Assembly (NCBI GenBank): GCA_038209995.1
Contig: JBBQXD010000002.1
Location: 136,428-200,427 of the forward strand
DNA length: 64,000 nt
DNA from: Candidatus Limnocylindria bacterium
GTDB lineage: Bacteria; Chloroflexota; Limnocylindria; QHBO01
Reading direction: 5' to 3'
The position numbers and the translations under genes were made by a program. Numbering within the stretch: position 1 is the first letter of the stretch; every line of letters begins with the position of its first letter. The notes under the pieces are model-generated. The model saw only the letters and a list, made by a program, of their open reading frames with translations. It ran no database searches and was not told the origin of the DNA. Shown here piece after piece: positions 1 to 9,525 of this stretch.

Positions 1-972
1 AGCTTCGCGAGCGCCATTCTCCTGTTCGGCATCTCGTGGACGTTCGGCCTGACCGGCACGACGAGCATCGCCGGCATCGCGCGGGCGCTCGCTGGGCAGG
101 AGCTCGGGCCGGGGCACATGATCGCGATCACGATGCTCACCGTGGGCGGGACGTTCAAGATCGCCGCCGTTCCGTTCCACTACTGGACGCCGGACGCCTA
201 CCAGGGCGCCCCGACGCCGATCACCGGCTTCCTGTCGGTCGGGCCCAAGCTCGGCGCCTTCGCGCTCCTCGTCCGCGTCTTCGCCGAGGCGCTGGCACCG
301 CTCCGCTCGGAGTGGCTCGTCGTGATGAGCATCCTTGCGGTGCTGACGATGACCGGCGGCAACATCGTGGCCCTGGTCCAGACCAACGTGAAGCGGATGC
401 TCGCCTACTCGAGCATCGCGCACACCGGCTACATCATGGTCGGCCTCGCGACGTTCGCAGCCGCGACCTCCACGAGCGTCCAGCGCCAGGGCATCGAGGC
501 GATCCTCTTCTACGTCCTCGGCTACGGGGTCATGAACATCGCCGCCTTCGCCGTGGTCGGCATGCTCCAGCGTGACCCACGCCGCTACGGCGGCCTCGGG
601 TCGTTCGCCGGCCTCGCGTCACGCTCGCCGGGGCTCGCCGCGGCGATGGCGATCCTCCTCCTGAGCCTGACCGGCATCCCGCCGACGGTCGGCTTCTTCG
701 CCAAGTGGTACATCCTGGCCGCCAGCGTCGACGCCGGCCTCGTCTGGCTGGCGGTCGCGATCGTCCTCAATGCCGCGCTGGCGGCGTTCTACTACCTGCG
801 CGTCATCGTCTACATGTACATGCGTGAGCCGGAGGCCGATCCGGCGCCGATCGATGAGGCCGCGACCGGCACGCTCGGCCTCGTCCTGGCCGTCGGTGGG
901 GTCCTCGCGCTCGGCATCCTGCCGAACGCGATCATCCAGATCCTGAGGGCGTCGGCCGGCAGCCTCTTCTAG
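1..972 (+). CDS. nuoN: NADH-quinone oxidoreductase subunit N, C-terminal part (gene truncated by window start)
   Basis: ORF 118..972 in frame 1 is open from nt 1. Polytopic sequence '...FHYWTPDAYQGAPTPITGFLSVGPKLGAFALL...' is typical of NuoN/ND2 antiporter-like subunits. Confidence 0.8.
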   Translation, partial: SFASAILLFGISWTFGLTGTTSIAGIARALAGQELGPGHMIAITMLTVGGTFKIAAVPFHYWTPDAYQGAPTPITGFLSVGPKLGAFALLVRVFAEALAPLRSEWLVVMSILAVLTMTGGNIVALVQTNVKRMLAYSSIAHTGYIMVGLATFAAATSTSVQRQGIEAILFYVLGYGVMNIAAFAVVGMLQRDPRRYGGLGSFAGLASRSPGLAAAMAILLLSLTGIPPTVGFFAKWYILAASVDAGLVWLAVAIVLNAALAAFYYLRVIVYMYMREPEADPAPIDEAATGTLGLVLAVGGVLALGILPNAIIQILRASAGSLF

Positions 973-976
973 CCCC

Positions 977-2518
977 ATGGCGCGTCGCTCGACCGCAGTC
1001 TCCAACGCCGGTCCCGGCGATGACGAGGGGCTCGTTCGCGCCGCGGAGCACCTCCTCGGGGACCGTCGCCTGCTGATCGCCACCAACCGCGGGCCGGTGA
1101 GCTTCGCTGCCGGCGCGGACGGGTCCTTCCGACCCCGCCGCGGCTCGGGCGGCCTCGTCACCGCCCTCGGCCAGATCAACCGGCGCGTGGCGCTCACCTG
1201 GGTCGCGGCGGCCATGGGCGAGGGGGACCGCCGTGCGGCGGCGGATCCGAAGCGGATCGACGCCGCGGTGGCCGACGCGCGCCTGCGGCTCCGCTTCGCC
1301 ACCGTCGAGCGCAGCGTCTACGAAGCCGCGTACAACGTCATCGCCAACCCGCTGCTGTGGTTCCTCCAGCACCAGATGTGGAACCTTCCCGAACGGCCAT
1401 CGATCGACGTCGCGACGATGCGCGCCTGGGAGCAGGGCTACGTCCCCATGAACGAGGCGGTGGCACGCGCCATCCTCGCCGAGGTGCCGCGCCGCGACCG
1501 TGCACCGCGGATCATGCTCCATGACTACCACCTCTACCTCGCCGCGGCCACCATCCGCCGCGCGCGCCCGGATGCCGTCCTCAGCCACTTCACCCACATC
1601 CCGTGGCCACCGTCGTCGATCTGGCAGGTGATGGCGCCCGCGATCCGGGAGGGCATCGTGGCCGGCCTCGCGGCGAACGACGTCGTCGGCTTCCAGACCG
1701 CGCGCTACGCGCACAACTTCCTGCGCACCGCGGAGTCGTTCCTGCACGGCGCGACCGTCGACTACCGCGCCGGCACCGTGACGGGGGCCGATGGGCACGT
1801 GGCCCGCGTGCGCGCCTATCCGATCAGCATCGACGTCGAGGCGACGCGCCGCATCGCCGGCTCCGCCCGCGCCCGGCGTCGCGCTGAGCAGCTGCGGGCG
1901 GAGGCACGCGGGCCGATCATCGTCCGCGTCGACCGCCTCGAGCCGTCGAAGAACATCCTCCGCGGCTTCGCCGCCTTCGAGGCGCTCCTGCAGCGGAACC
2001 CGCGCTACCGCGGCCAGGTCACCTTCCTCGCCTTCCTCGTGCCGTCGCGGACGGGCCTGCGCGAGTACGGCCACTACGCTCGACAGGTGCAGGCGACGAT
2101 CGACCGCATCAACGCCCGCTTCTCGCGCGCCGGGCATCGGCCGATCCAGATCTTCTTCGAGAACGACTACGCGCAGGCGCTCGCCGGTCTGTCGGTGGCC
2201 GATGTCGTGCTCGTCAATCCCCTCGTCGACGGCATGAACCTGGTCGCCAAGGAGGCCGTCATCGTCAGCGGCCGCAACGCGGCGATCGTCCTGTCCGAGA
2301 CGGCCGGGGCACACGACCAGATGGCCGAGGGCGTCATCTCGGTCGCGCCGGCCGACGTGGTCGGCACCGCCGATGCGCTGCGCGACGGCCTCGAGATGCC
2401 GGAGGCGGAGCGCGCGGCGCGTCTCGACCGGCTCCGCGCCGGCGTCGAGCGCGAGGACATCGCCTGGTGGCTGCGCCGCCAGCTCACCGAGCTGGCGGAG
2501 ATCGTCGAGCGCCGCTGA
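977..2518 (+). CDS. otsA: alpha,alpha-trehalose-phosphate synthase (GT20 family)
   Basis: 513 aa ORF with OtsA-like blocks (LIATNRGPVSF, GGLVTAL, HDYHLYL, VGFQT, VNPLVDGMNLVAKE). It begins 5 nt after the nuoN stop. Confidence 0.75.
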   Translation: MARRSTAVSNAGPGDDEGLVRAAEHLLGDRRLLIATNRGPVSFAAGADGSFRPRRGSGGLVTALGQINRRVALTWVAAAMGEGDRRAAADPKRIDAAVADARLRLRFATVERSVYEAAYNVIANPLLWFLQHQMWNLPERPSIDVATMRAWEQGYVPMNEAVARAILAEVPRRDRAPRIMLHDYHLYLAAATIRRARPDAVLSHFTHIPWPPSSIWQVMAPAIREGIVAGLAANDVVGFQTARYAHNFLRTAESFLHGATVDYRAGTVTGADGHVARVRAYPISIDVEATRRIAGSARARRRAEQLRAEARGPIIVRVDRLEPSKNILRGFAAFEALLQRNPRYRGQVTFLAFLVPSRTGLREYGHYARQVQATIDRINARFSRAGHRPIQIFFENDYAQALAGLSVADVVLVNPLVDGMNLVAKEAVIVSGRNAAIVLSETAGAHDQMAEGVISVAPADVVGTADALRDGLEMPEAERAARLDRLRAGVEREDIAWWLRRQLTELAEIVERR

Positions 2519-3326
2519 GAGGTTCGCGCGCGAGCTCGGACAGCAGCGCGACGAGCGCCGCCGGAGATGCCAGGACGGCGTCCGCGGCGTCGGCCACGGC
2601 CTGTGGCACCTCGGGGCCGCCACCGACGGCGAGGATCGCGGCGCTGAGCTCCCCCGCGGCACGCAGCTCGGCGGCGGCGCGGAACATATCGAGGTCGGTC
2701 ACGTCGTCGCCCGCCACGACGAGGCCGCGCAGCCCGAAGCGCATCACAACGGCACGCACGGCGCCGCCCTTGTCGCCCGCTCCCGCCGGACGGAGCTCCA
2801 CGCTCATCCGGCCCTCGCGCACCTCGATCCGGTCGTCCGCGGCGCCCGCGAGGGCGGCGACGATCCGGTCCCGTGCGGCGACCGGGTCCGCGGCGCGGCG
2901 GTAGTGGACCGTCCCGGAGAGGCCCTTCTGGTCGAGCCGGACGCCCGGATCGCCGGCCGCGACCCGCGCCGCGCGCATCCAGCGCGCGAGCGGCCTCGCG
3001 ACCCACTCCAGGCCAGGTGCCGCCAGCGGCTCGACGGTTCCCGGCGCAAGCCACTCCAGCCCGTGGTTGCCGACCACCAGCAGCTCGTCGAGGCCGGCGA
3101 TCGCGCGCGCGTCGCGCGCCGCACGCCCGGTCACGATCCCGACCACCGCCAGGCGCCGCGTGAGCGCGCCGAGCGCATCCGCGGCGCCATCCATGAGCGC
3201 CGCCGCGTGGGGATCGGCCACGATCGGCGCGAGCGTCCCGTCGAGATCGGTCAGCAGCCCTGCCGGCTCGGCGCCAAGCGCGGCACGGGCCAGGACGAAT
3301 GCGGGGTTGGGCATCGGTGAGGTCAT
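2484..3326 (-). CDS. otsB: trehalose-6-phosphate phosphatase (HAD superfamily)
   Basis: HAD motif I 'LLTDLDGTLAPIV' and C-terminal 'GDDVTDLDMF' are present. The likely start is the internal ATG (MTSPMPNPAF...) at about 3326; the ORF-track upstream extension is Arg-rich. Its 3' end overlaps otsA convergently by about 35 nt. Confidence 0.65.
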   Translation of the reverse strand: MTSPMPNPAFVLARAALGAEPAGLLTDLDGTLAPIVADPHAAALMDGAADALGALTRRLAVVGIVTGRAARDARAIAGLDELLVVGNHGLEWLAPGTVEPLAAPGLEWVARPLARWMRAARVAAGDPGVRLDQKGLSGTVHYRRAADPVAARDRIVAALAGAADDRIEVREGRMSVELRPAGAGDKGGAVRAVVMRFGLRGLVVAGDDVTDLDMFRAAAELRAAGELSAAILAVGGGPEVPQAVADAADAVLASPAALVALLSELAREPLSGARRSPPAR

Positions 3327-3344
3327 GCGGCTAGACTCGGCCGC

Positions 3345-4052
3345 GTGAGGCGATTCCGATCCGCCGGCACGTTGGTGCCGCTCGTGCTGGCCGTGGTGGG
3401 CATCGGCCTCATCATCGCAGGCCAGCTCGACCTCGGCCGCACGCCCACGTCGAGCCTGCCGCCGATCCCCGACCCGACGAAGACCCCGCTGGCCGTGGTG
3501 AGCGCCACCGCGTCGAGCTCTGCCGCGCCGACCCCCTCGCCGTCGCCAACCTTCGGATCGACGGCCAACGCGGTCCAGCTCGAGATCCGATCGGTCGGGA
3601 TCAACGTCCGCGTCTTCGAGTCGGGCTCGGCGGCCAACGACGACGACCCCGGCCTGGCGGGCGCGTACATCCTCCGCGACTCGTCGCAGCCGGGGCGTGG
3701 CACGAACTCGTACATCTTCGCGCACGCCCGCAACGTCCCGGTGCCGCTCTTCAAGAACCTGTGGAACGTCCAGCTAGGTGCGGAGGTGCGCATTCTCATG
3801 TCGGATGACATCGTGCTCCGCTACCGGGTGACCGAGATCCATCCGAACGTGTCCTGCCCCGATGACCGCGCGCCGCCCATCCCGCCTGACGCCGAGCCGC
3901 TCGCCCTCAAGTACGCGAAGAGCGACTGCAGCGAGGGCGCCGCCTGGACGCGGTCGACCGACCACGAGCGGCTGACGATGCAGACGAGCCAGGGCTTCAA
4001 CCGCAACTGGGGGGAGCTGATCATCGTCGCCGACCCGATCCTGCCCGGCTAG
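3345..4052 (+). CDS. secreted sortase-family protein with catalytic Cys replaced by Ser (pseudo-sortase?)
   Basis: N-terminal TM/signal anchor (LVPLVLAVVGIGLIIAG) and Pro/Ser/Thr linker. Sortase-like blocks 'LEIRSVGINVRVFESGS', His in 'YIFAHARN', and conserved Arg in 'NRNWGELIIVA'. The TLxTC position reads 'LTMQTSQ', with no Cys. Confidence 0.5.
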   Translation: MRRFRSAGTLVPLVLAVVGIGLIIAGQLDLGRTPTSSLPPIPDPTKTPLAVVSATASSSAAPTPSPSPTFGSTANAVQLEIRSVGINVRVFESGSAANDDDPGLAGAYILRDSSQPGRGTNSYIFAHARNVPVPLFKNLWNVQLGAEVRILMSDDIVLRYRVTEIHPNVSCPDDRAPPIPPDAEPLALKYAKSDCSEGAAWTRSTDHERLTMQTSQGFNRNWGELIIVADPILPG

Positions 4053-5629
4053 GTCGCCGCCGCCCTGAGGCGCCGTCTGCCGGGCAGGAGCAGTGCGGGC
4101 ACCACGGTGACGATCGCCACGCCGAGGGCGATCGTGATCACGAGGTTGAGGACCAGCGCCGCCTGGCCCTTCGACCACGTCTCGAGGAGGTCGACGAGGG
4201 CGAGGCTGGCCCGCGGGTCGACGCCGACGAATTCGGGGCGGCCCAGCTCGCGCACGAGCGCATCGCGCCGCGCCGGATCGTTCACGAGCGCGGTGAGCTC
4301 GTCGATCCGGTTCTGACCGATGCTGGTGAGGATCGCGAGGCCCACGCTCATGCCGATCGTCCGCGTGATCTGGAGCATCGCGCTGGCAACCCCGTAGGCC
4401 GATGCGCCCGCCGCCTCGACGGCGGCCGTCGCGCGCGGGCTCACCGTGAGCCCGAAGCCGGCGCCGTAGATGGCGAGGTCGCGCGCCAGCCGCGGCAGGT
4501 CAGTGTCGGTCCCCCAGCCGAGGGCCAGCACCAGCCCGACGATGCTCACCAGCGCGCCGAGCACCGTCGTCGGGCGCTCGCCGACGAGGGCGGTGATCGC
4601 ACCGCCCGCCACCGCTCCCACCGCGATCGCGGCGGTGAGCGCCGTCAGGGCGGCGGCCGCCTGGCCATCGGTCCCGAACAGGACGCGGCTCACGAACACC
4701 GGTCCGCCGATGATCGCGGTTGCCAGCGTGTACCCGGTCAGCAGGCTGACCGCGTTCGCGGCCGAGAAGCCGCGGTTGGCGAAGAGCCTCGGGTTCACCA
4801 GCGGGTGGGCGCGGCGCAGCTCGAGGCGGACGAAGGCGACGCCGGCGAGGGCGGCGAGGACCAGCGCGCCGACGACGAGCGGATGTCCCCAGCCGTGGGC
4901 GCCGGTCAGCGTCAGGCCACCGACCCCCGCGACGAGCGCGAGCGTGGCGAGGAGCGCTCCGCCGAGATCGATCCCTCCCCTCGCCCGCGGGGTCTCCACA
5001 CCGCCAGCGATGACGTAGATCAGGAAGAAGGTGATGATCGCGGCCGGCACGTTGAGGAAGAAGATCCACTGCCAGCTGACGAGGTCGAGGCCCGGGATCG
5101 GCAGGCTGACGTTCTGCAGGACCCAGGCGCCATAGCTCGGCCCGATCGCCATCCCGACGAACGTGGCCGCGCCCTCGATCCCCAGTGCCGCCGCGCGGGT
5201 GCGGCCGCTGAACAGGTGGCTGGCGAGCGCCATCGAGAGCGGCACGAGCGCTCCGCCGCCAAGGCCCTGGACGACGCGCGCGGCGATCAGCCAGTCGAGC
5301 CCGGCCGCCGGCCCGGCGACGCGCGCGATGCCCGCCCCGGCGCTCCCCAGCGAGAACAGCGCGAGGGCCACCACGTACAGCCGCCGCGCGCCCCACAGGT
5401 CGGCGGCGCGCCCGGCGAGCGGCATGGCCACGATGTAGGCCAGGAGATAGGCATTCACGATCCAGCTGGCGTGGCCGAGGTCGGCCCAGCCGCCGAAGCT
5501 CGCCACGATCGACGGCAGGGCGATCGCGACCACCATGAGCTCCACGCCACCCAAGAAGACGCCGAGCGACGCGGTGATCAGAACGGCCCATGCCGCGACC
5601 GGATGGAGCCGGGTCGTCACCTCGCTCAC
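4049..5629 (-). CDS. MFS transporter, DHA2/EmrB-QacA-like (about 14 TMS)
   Basis: Long hydrophobic ORF with MFS signature regions (LPSIVASFGG..., GRAADLWGARR). The probable GTG start overlaps the stop of the upstream permease (CTGTGA), indicating translational coupling; the Arg-rich upstream ORF extension is rejected. Confidence 0.7.
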   Translation of the reverse strand: MSEVTTRLHPVAAWAVLITASLGVFLGGVELMVVAIALPSIVASFGGWADLGHASWIVNAYLLAYIVAMPLAGRAADLWGARRLYVVALALFSLGSAGAGIARVAGPAAGLDWLIAARVVQGLGGGALVPLSMALASHLFSGRTRAAALGIEGAATFVGMAIGPSYGAWVLQNVSLPIPGLDLVSWQWIFFLNVPAAIITFFLIYVIAGGVETPRARGGIDLGGALLATLALVAGVGGLTLTGAHGWGHPLVVGALVLAALAGVAFVRLELRRAHPLVNPRLFANRGFSAANAVSLLTGYTLATAIIGGPVFVSRVLFGTDGQAAAALTALTAAIAVGAVAGGAITALVGERPTTVLGALVSIVGLVLALGWGTDTDLPRLARDLAIYGAGFGLTVSPRATAAVEAAGASAYGVASAMLQITRTIGMSVGLAILTSIGQNRIDELTALVNDPARRDALVRELGRPEFVGVDPRASLALVDLLETWSKGQAALVLNLVITIALGVAIVTVVPALLLPGRRRLRAAAT

Positions 5630-6315
5630 AGGTCGGCCCGGCTGGCGACGACGAGCGCGGCCCCCCAGACGACGGCACCTGCGGCGAGCGAGACGCCCGC
5701 GGCGCGCAGCGCCAGGGCGGTGACCGGCGCGTCGGCCCCGGGAGCGGCGAGCAGGGCGAGGCCGGCGCCCGGCGCGGCGACGCTCGCGGGAACGAGCAGC
5801 ACGATCGCGACGAGCCATCCCGCCACGAGGACCATGGTCGCCGCCATTGCGGGGCGCGGGGCGGCGACGAGCCCGGCAAGGGTCGCGACCCCGATCGCCG
5901 CCGGCGCGGCGGCGGCGGATGCCGCGAGCGCCGCCGGCAGCGCCGCGTCATGCGTCGGCATCACCGCGAGGCCGCCCAGGACCAGGGCACTGATGCCGGA
6001 GATCGCGAGGCCGACGATCAGCGCCAGCGAGCCGGCGAGCAGCCACCCGGCGAGCAGCGAGGAGCGCGGCACGGCGCGGGCGACCAGCCACCCGGCGAAC
6101 CCGCGCCGCCGGTCGGTGGCGACGGCACCCGCGACCAGGCCCGCCCCGACCGCCATGGCGACGGCCACGCCGAGCGCGAGCGAGCGCCACGCCGTTGCGG
6201 GTGCGGTGGCGACCAGCGCGCCGCCGCTCGCGAAGGCAACGAGCCCGCCGAGCAGACGGAAGCTGATCCACAGCTCGCGGAGCGAGAGCCCCGCCAGCGT
6301 CGCAACCTGCGTCAT
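5626..6315 (-). CDS. ABC-2 type transporter permease (6 TMS)
   Basis: Start 'MTQVATLAGLSLRELWISFRLLGG...'. Its ATG overlaps the stop of the upstream ATPase-like gene (ATGA). Six hydrophobic segments. The ORF-track N-terminal extension to 7080 is an Arg-rich artefact. Confidence 0.6.
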   Translation of the reverse strand: MTQVATLAGLSLRELWISFRLLGGLVAFASGGALVATAPATAWRSLALGVAVAMAVGAGLVAGAVATDRRRGFAGWLVARAVPRSSLLAGWLLAGSLALIVGLAISGISALVLGGLAVMPTHDAALPAALAASAAAAPAAIGVATLAGLVAAPRPAMAATMVLVAGWLVAIVLLVPASVAAPGAGLALLAAPGADAPVTALALRAAGVSLAAGAVVWGAALVVASRADL

Positions 6316-7190
6316 CGCGCCTCGGGTCGCGTGCCGGCGTCGCGAGGGCTCGCCGTTGCTCTGCTCGGCCGCTCGACGCCAAGTGCGGCGAGCTGCTCCA
6401 ACCCGCCGAGCGTCAGCGGCAGGCCGCGTCGCGTGAGCTCTGTGACCGGCGCGTGCACGACCACCCGTCCCTGGCCGATGAATGCCACCTCGCGGGCGAA
6501 GCCCTCCTCGGCGGCCGGCGTGCGGCTGGCCACCACGAGCGTCGCGCGCGGCTCGAGCGCGCCCAAAATCCGCCACCGGTCCCACGGGTCGAGGGCCCGC
6601 AGCGGCTCGTCGAGGACGAGGATCTCCGGGTCGGCGACGAGCGCCGCCGCCAGCGCCACGAGCTCCCGGTGGGCGGTGGCCGCGCGGCGCAACGGCCGGT
6701 CGAGGTCGGGGGTCGTGGCGAGGCCGGCGCCGGACATCGCACGCTCGATCCGCACGGGCCGCTCGGCGTGGTCGAACCCGAGCAAACGCGCAGACAGCTC
6801 GAGCGCCTCGCGGCCCGACATCCAGCCGGGGAGCGCCGAGGTCGGAGGCACGTAGCCGACCCGTCGCGCCCATCCGCCGGGGAGGTCGTCGCTGATGGGC
6901 AGGCCGGCAAGATGAATCGTGCCCTGTTCGGCGCGGGCCACGCCCCCGAGGATGCGGAGCAGCATGGTCGCCGATTCCGAGGGCCGCGAGGCGACCAGGA
7001 GGCGCGCGCCGACCGGCACGATGAGGTTGAGCCCGTCGAGGAGGGTGACGCCGCCGGCCCGGCGCCGCAGCCCGCGGCATGCGATCGCCGAGGGCCGCAG
7101 ATGGCGCAGCGTGCCTGACGCCCAGAGCGCCTCGGGGGTCGACATCGTCACAGTCGGCACGGTAGCACGACGCCTTGACGGCTCCGCCAT
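6312..7190 (-). CDS. ABC ATPase homolog with degenerate Walker A, Q-loop and signature motifs (likely catalytically inactive)
   Basis: Aligns along its length to ABC NBDs. Walker A position reads 'LVASRPSESAT' instead of GxxGxGK(S/T); Q-loop 'YVPP' instead of YLPQ; signature 'ATAHRE' instead of LSGGQ. Walker B 'ILVLDEP' is retained. The alternative start ATG at about 7145 (MSTPEAL) is more likely. Confidence 0.6.
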   Translation of the reverse strand: MAEPSRRRATVPTVTMSTPEALWASGTLRHLRPSAIACRGLRRRAGGVTLLDGLNLIVPVGARLLVASRPSESATMLLRILGGVARAEQGTIHLAGLPISDDLPGGWARRVGYVPPTSALPGWMSGREALELSARLLGFDHAERPVRIERAMSGAGLATTPDLDRPLRRAATAHRELVALAAALVADPEILVLDEPLRALDPWDRWRILGALEPRATLVVASRTPAAEEGFAREVAFIGQGRVVVHAPVTELTRRGLPLTLGGLEQLAALGVERPSRATASPRDAGTRPEAR

Positions 7191-7203
7191 CGGTCCCGTA
7201 GCA

Positions 7204-7217
7204 TAAGCGTCCGCTTA
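7204..7217. promoter_or_regulatory. imperfect palindrome TAAGCGTCCGCTTA in AT-richer divergent intergenic region; candidate ArsR-type operator
   Basis: 12 of 14 positions are palindromic. It lies in the 61-bp gap between the ABC operon (minus) and the arsR-like gene (plus), which is locally AT-rich relative to the 70% GC background. Confidence 0.3.
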
Positions 7218-7251
7218 CATAAGCAGATCTTTGATAAAGAGTGACTCAGGC

Positions 7252-7608
7252 ATGACGCTTCCCCGTGACCGCGTTGACGGCGACCTGCGCCGGCTCCGCG
7301 TGCTCTACCGCGCCCTCGGCGACGCGACCCGGCTGCGGGTGATCGGCATCCTCGCCGAGGCCGGACCGATGCCGGTCGGGCAGCTGTCCATCCGGGTGGG
7401 GCTCTCTCAGCCGCTCATCAGCTGGCACCTCCGCATTCTGCGCGTCGCGGGCCTCATCGATACCCAGAAGCAGGGACGCGAGACGCTCTGCCGCCTCCGG
7501 CTCGCGGCGTTCGAGGAGCTCCACGAGGTCGAGGCCCGGCTCGTGGGCGGCACCAGCGGCGTGACGATGGCGGGGACGCAAGGTCCGGAGGTCCCCGATG
7601 TCGGCTAG
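7252..7608 (+). CDS. ArsR/SmtB-family HTH transcriptional regulator
   Basis: 'LRVLYRALGDATRLRVIGILAEAGPMPVGQLSIRVGLSQPLISWHLRILRVAGLI' is a classic ArsR winged-HTH. The ORF-track start at 7231 is TTG; the in-frame ATG at 7252 is preferred. Confidence 0.65.
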   Translation: MTLPRDRVDGDLRRLRVLYRALGDATRLRVIGILAEAGPMPVGQLSIRVGLSQPLISWHLRILRVAGLIDTQKQGRETLCRLRLAAFEELHEVEARLVGGTSGVTMAGTQGPEVPDVG

Positions 7609-8269
7609 CCACTCCCGCGCCCGCGACCTCGCGCGCGGTGACTCGCTCGCCCCGAGCTGGCTCAAGCAGGCCGGTCGGGCCATCCTCCATCCCATCGTGC
7701 GCGGCGCGCTGGCGGTCGGGATGACCGCGAACGCGATCACCATCATCGGCCTCGCCATCACCGCGGTCGCGGCGGTCCTGATTGGCACCGGCAACCTGCT
7801 CGTCGGGGCTGCGGTGCTGCTCGCGGGCTCGGCGCTCGATGCGGTCGACGGCGAGCTCGCGCGGGCCCAGGGCGGCGGCACCGCATTCGGAGGCTTCCTC
7901 GACTCCACCCTCGACCGCGCCGGCGAGGCGATCCTCTACCTGGGGCTGGCCGCATTCCTGCTGCAGTTCACCGCGGAGCCGATCCTTCCGGTGCTCGGGG
8001 TGAACATCGCCCTCGCCGGATCGTTCATCGTCAGCTACGCCCACGCGCGCGCCCAGGGGATCGGCCTCGAGGCATCGATCGGGCTGGCGCCGCGACCGGA
8101 GCGGCTGGCACTCATCATCGCCGGCATCGCGCTGGCGGGCCTCGGCTGGATGCCGGGCCTGCTCGGCGCCATCGGCCTCATCGCGGTCCTCACCGTGGCG
8201 ACCGCCTTCCAGCGCATCTGGCACGTCTACCGGCTCACTGCCAGCGGGACCGTCGCAGACGATCACTGA
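7598..8269 (+). CDS. CDP-alcohol phosphatidyltransferase (phosphatidylinositol-phosphate synthase-like)
   Basis: Motif D(x)2DG(x)2AR(x)8G(x)3D(x)3D is seen as '[27 protein letters not shown]'. Polytopic; GGAGG SD 6 nt upstream of the ATG. The next gene is ino1, consistent with a PIP synthase using inositol-1-phosphate. Confidence 0.7.
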   Translation: MSASHSRARDLARGDSLAPSWLKQAGRAILHPIVRGALAVGMTANAITIIGLAITAVAAVLIGTGNLLVGAAVLLAGSALDAVDGELARAQGGGTAFGGFLDSTLDRAGEAILYLGLAAFLLQFTAEPILPVLGVNIALAGSFIVSYAHARAQGIGLEASIGLAPRPERLALIIAGIALAGLGWMPGLLGAIGLIAVLTVATAFQRIWHVYRLTASGTVADDH

Positions 8270-8291
8270 TCAGCAGAAACGGGAGAACAGC

Positions 8292-9521
8292 GTGGCGAAC
8301 AACGGGAAGCATGCCGGCAACGGCAAGGGCGCGAGCAACGGGCACCGGCCGAGTGACGGCAAGGTGCGGGTCGCGATTGTCGGCGTCGGAAACTGCGCCA
8401 GCAGCCTCGTCCAGGGCAGGATCTACTACGCCGATGCGAAGCCGGGCGACTTCATCCCTGGCCTCATGCACGTCGACCTCGGCGGCTACCACGTCCGCGA
8501 CATCGACTTCGTGGCCGCCTTCGACATCGACCGCGAGAAGGTCGGCAAGGACCTCTCCGAGGCGATCTTCTCGGGGCAGAACAACACCTACAAGTTCGCG
8601 GACGTCCCGCATCTCGGCGTCCCTGTCGAGCGCGGGATGACGCATGACGGCCTCGGCAAGTATCTCTCGCAGGTCATCCAGAAGGCGCCCGGGCCGACGG
8701 CCGACATCGTCGGCATCCTTAAGGAGCGCAAGGTCGACGTCATGGTCAGCTACCTGCCGGTCGGCAGCGAGCAGGCCACGAAGTGGTACGCCGAGCAGGC
8801 GCTCCAGGCCGGCGTCGCCTTTGTGAACGCGATCCCGGTCTTCATCGGTCGCGAGCCCTACTGGCAGCGCCGCTTCGCGGAGGCGGGGCTGCCGGTCATC
8901 GGCGACGACATCAAGAGCCAGGTCGGGGCCACCATCACGCACCGGGTCCTCACCCGCCTCTTCATGGATCGCGGGGTCCGCATCGACCGCACCTACCAGC
9001 TGAACTTCGGGGGCAACACCGACTTCCTCAACATGCTCGAGCGCGAGCGGCTGGAGTCGAAGAAGATCAGCAAGACGAACGCGGTCACCTCCATGATCGA
9101 CTACGAGATCGCCGATGACGACGTGCACGTCGGTCCCTCCGACTACGTGCCGTGGCTGAAGGACCGCAAGTGGTGCCACATCCGAATGGAGGGCACGACG
9201 TTCGGCGACGTGCCGCTCAACCTGGAGCTCAAGCTCGAGGTCTGGGACTCGCCGAACAGCGCCGGAGTCATCACCGATGCCATCCGCTGCGCGAAGCTCG
9301 GCCTCGATCGCGGCCTGGCCGGCACGCTCGTCGCGCCGTCGAGCTACTTCATGAAGAGCCCACCGATCCAGATCCACGACGACATCGCCTATAACCGGGT
9401 GGAGGCGTTCATCCGCGGTGAGGACAACGAGACGCTGGTCGGGACCGAGAAGCCGGCGAAGCGGCAGCTCCGGAAGCTCGCCGAGCCGAAGAGGGCGAAG
9501 GCCGCTGCCGCCGCCCGCTGA
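8292..9521 (+). CDS. ino1: myo-inositol-1-phosphate synthase
   Basis: N-terminal NAD-binding '[18 protein letters not shown]' and overall bacterial/archaeal MIPS-like sequence of 409 aa. GTG start with GGGAGA SD. Confidence 0.85.
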   Translation: MANNGKHAGNGKGASNGHRPSDGKVRVAIVGVGNCASSLVQGRIYYADAKPGDFIPGLMHVDLGGYHVRDIDFVAAFDIDREKVGKDLSEAIFSGQNNTYKFADVPHLGVPVERGMTHDGLGKYLSQVIQKAPGPTADIVGILKERKVDVMVSYLPVGSEQATKWYAEQALQAGVAFVNAIPVFIGREPYWQRRFAEAGLPVIGDDIKSQVGATITHRVLTRLFMDRGVRIDRTYQLNFGGNTDFLNMLERERLESKKISKTNAVTSMIDYEIADDDVHVGPSDYVPWLKDRKWCHIRMEGTTFGDVPLNLELKLEVWDSPNSAGVITDAIRCAKLGLDRGLAGTLVAPSSYFMKSPPIQIHDDIAYNRVEAFIRGEDNETLVGTEKPAKRQLRKLAEPKRAKAAAAAR

Positions 9522-9525
9522 CACC

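Noticed and set aside
5626-7080. 484-aa ORF-track call extending the ABC-2 permease upstream
   Set aside because: The first 255 aa are Arg/Pro/Gly low-complexity and overlap the ABC ATPase-like gene in another frame. The real start is the internal ATG at about 6315 (MTQVATLAGL), which overlaps the upstream stop.
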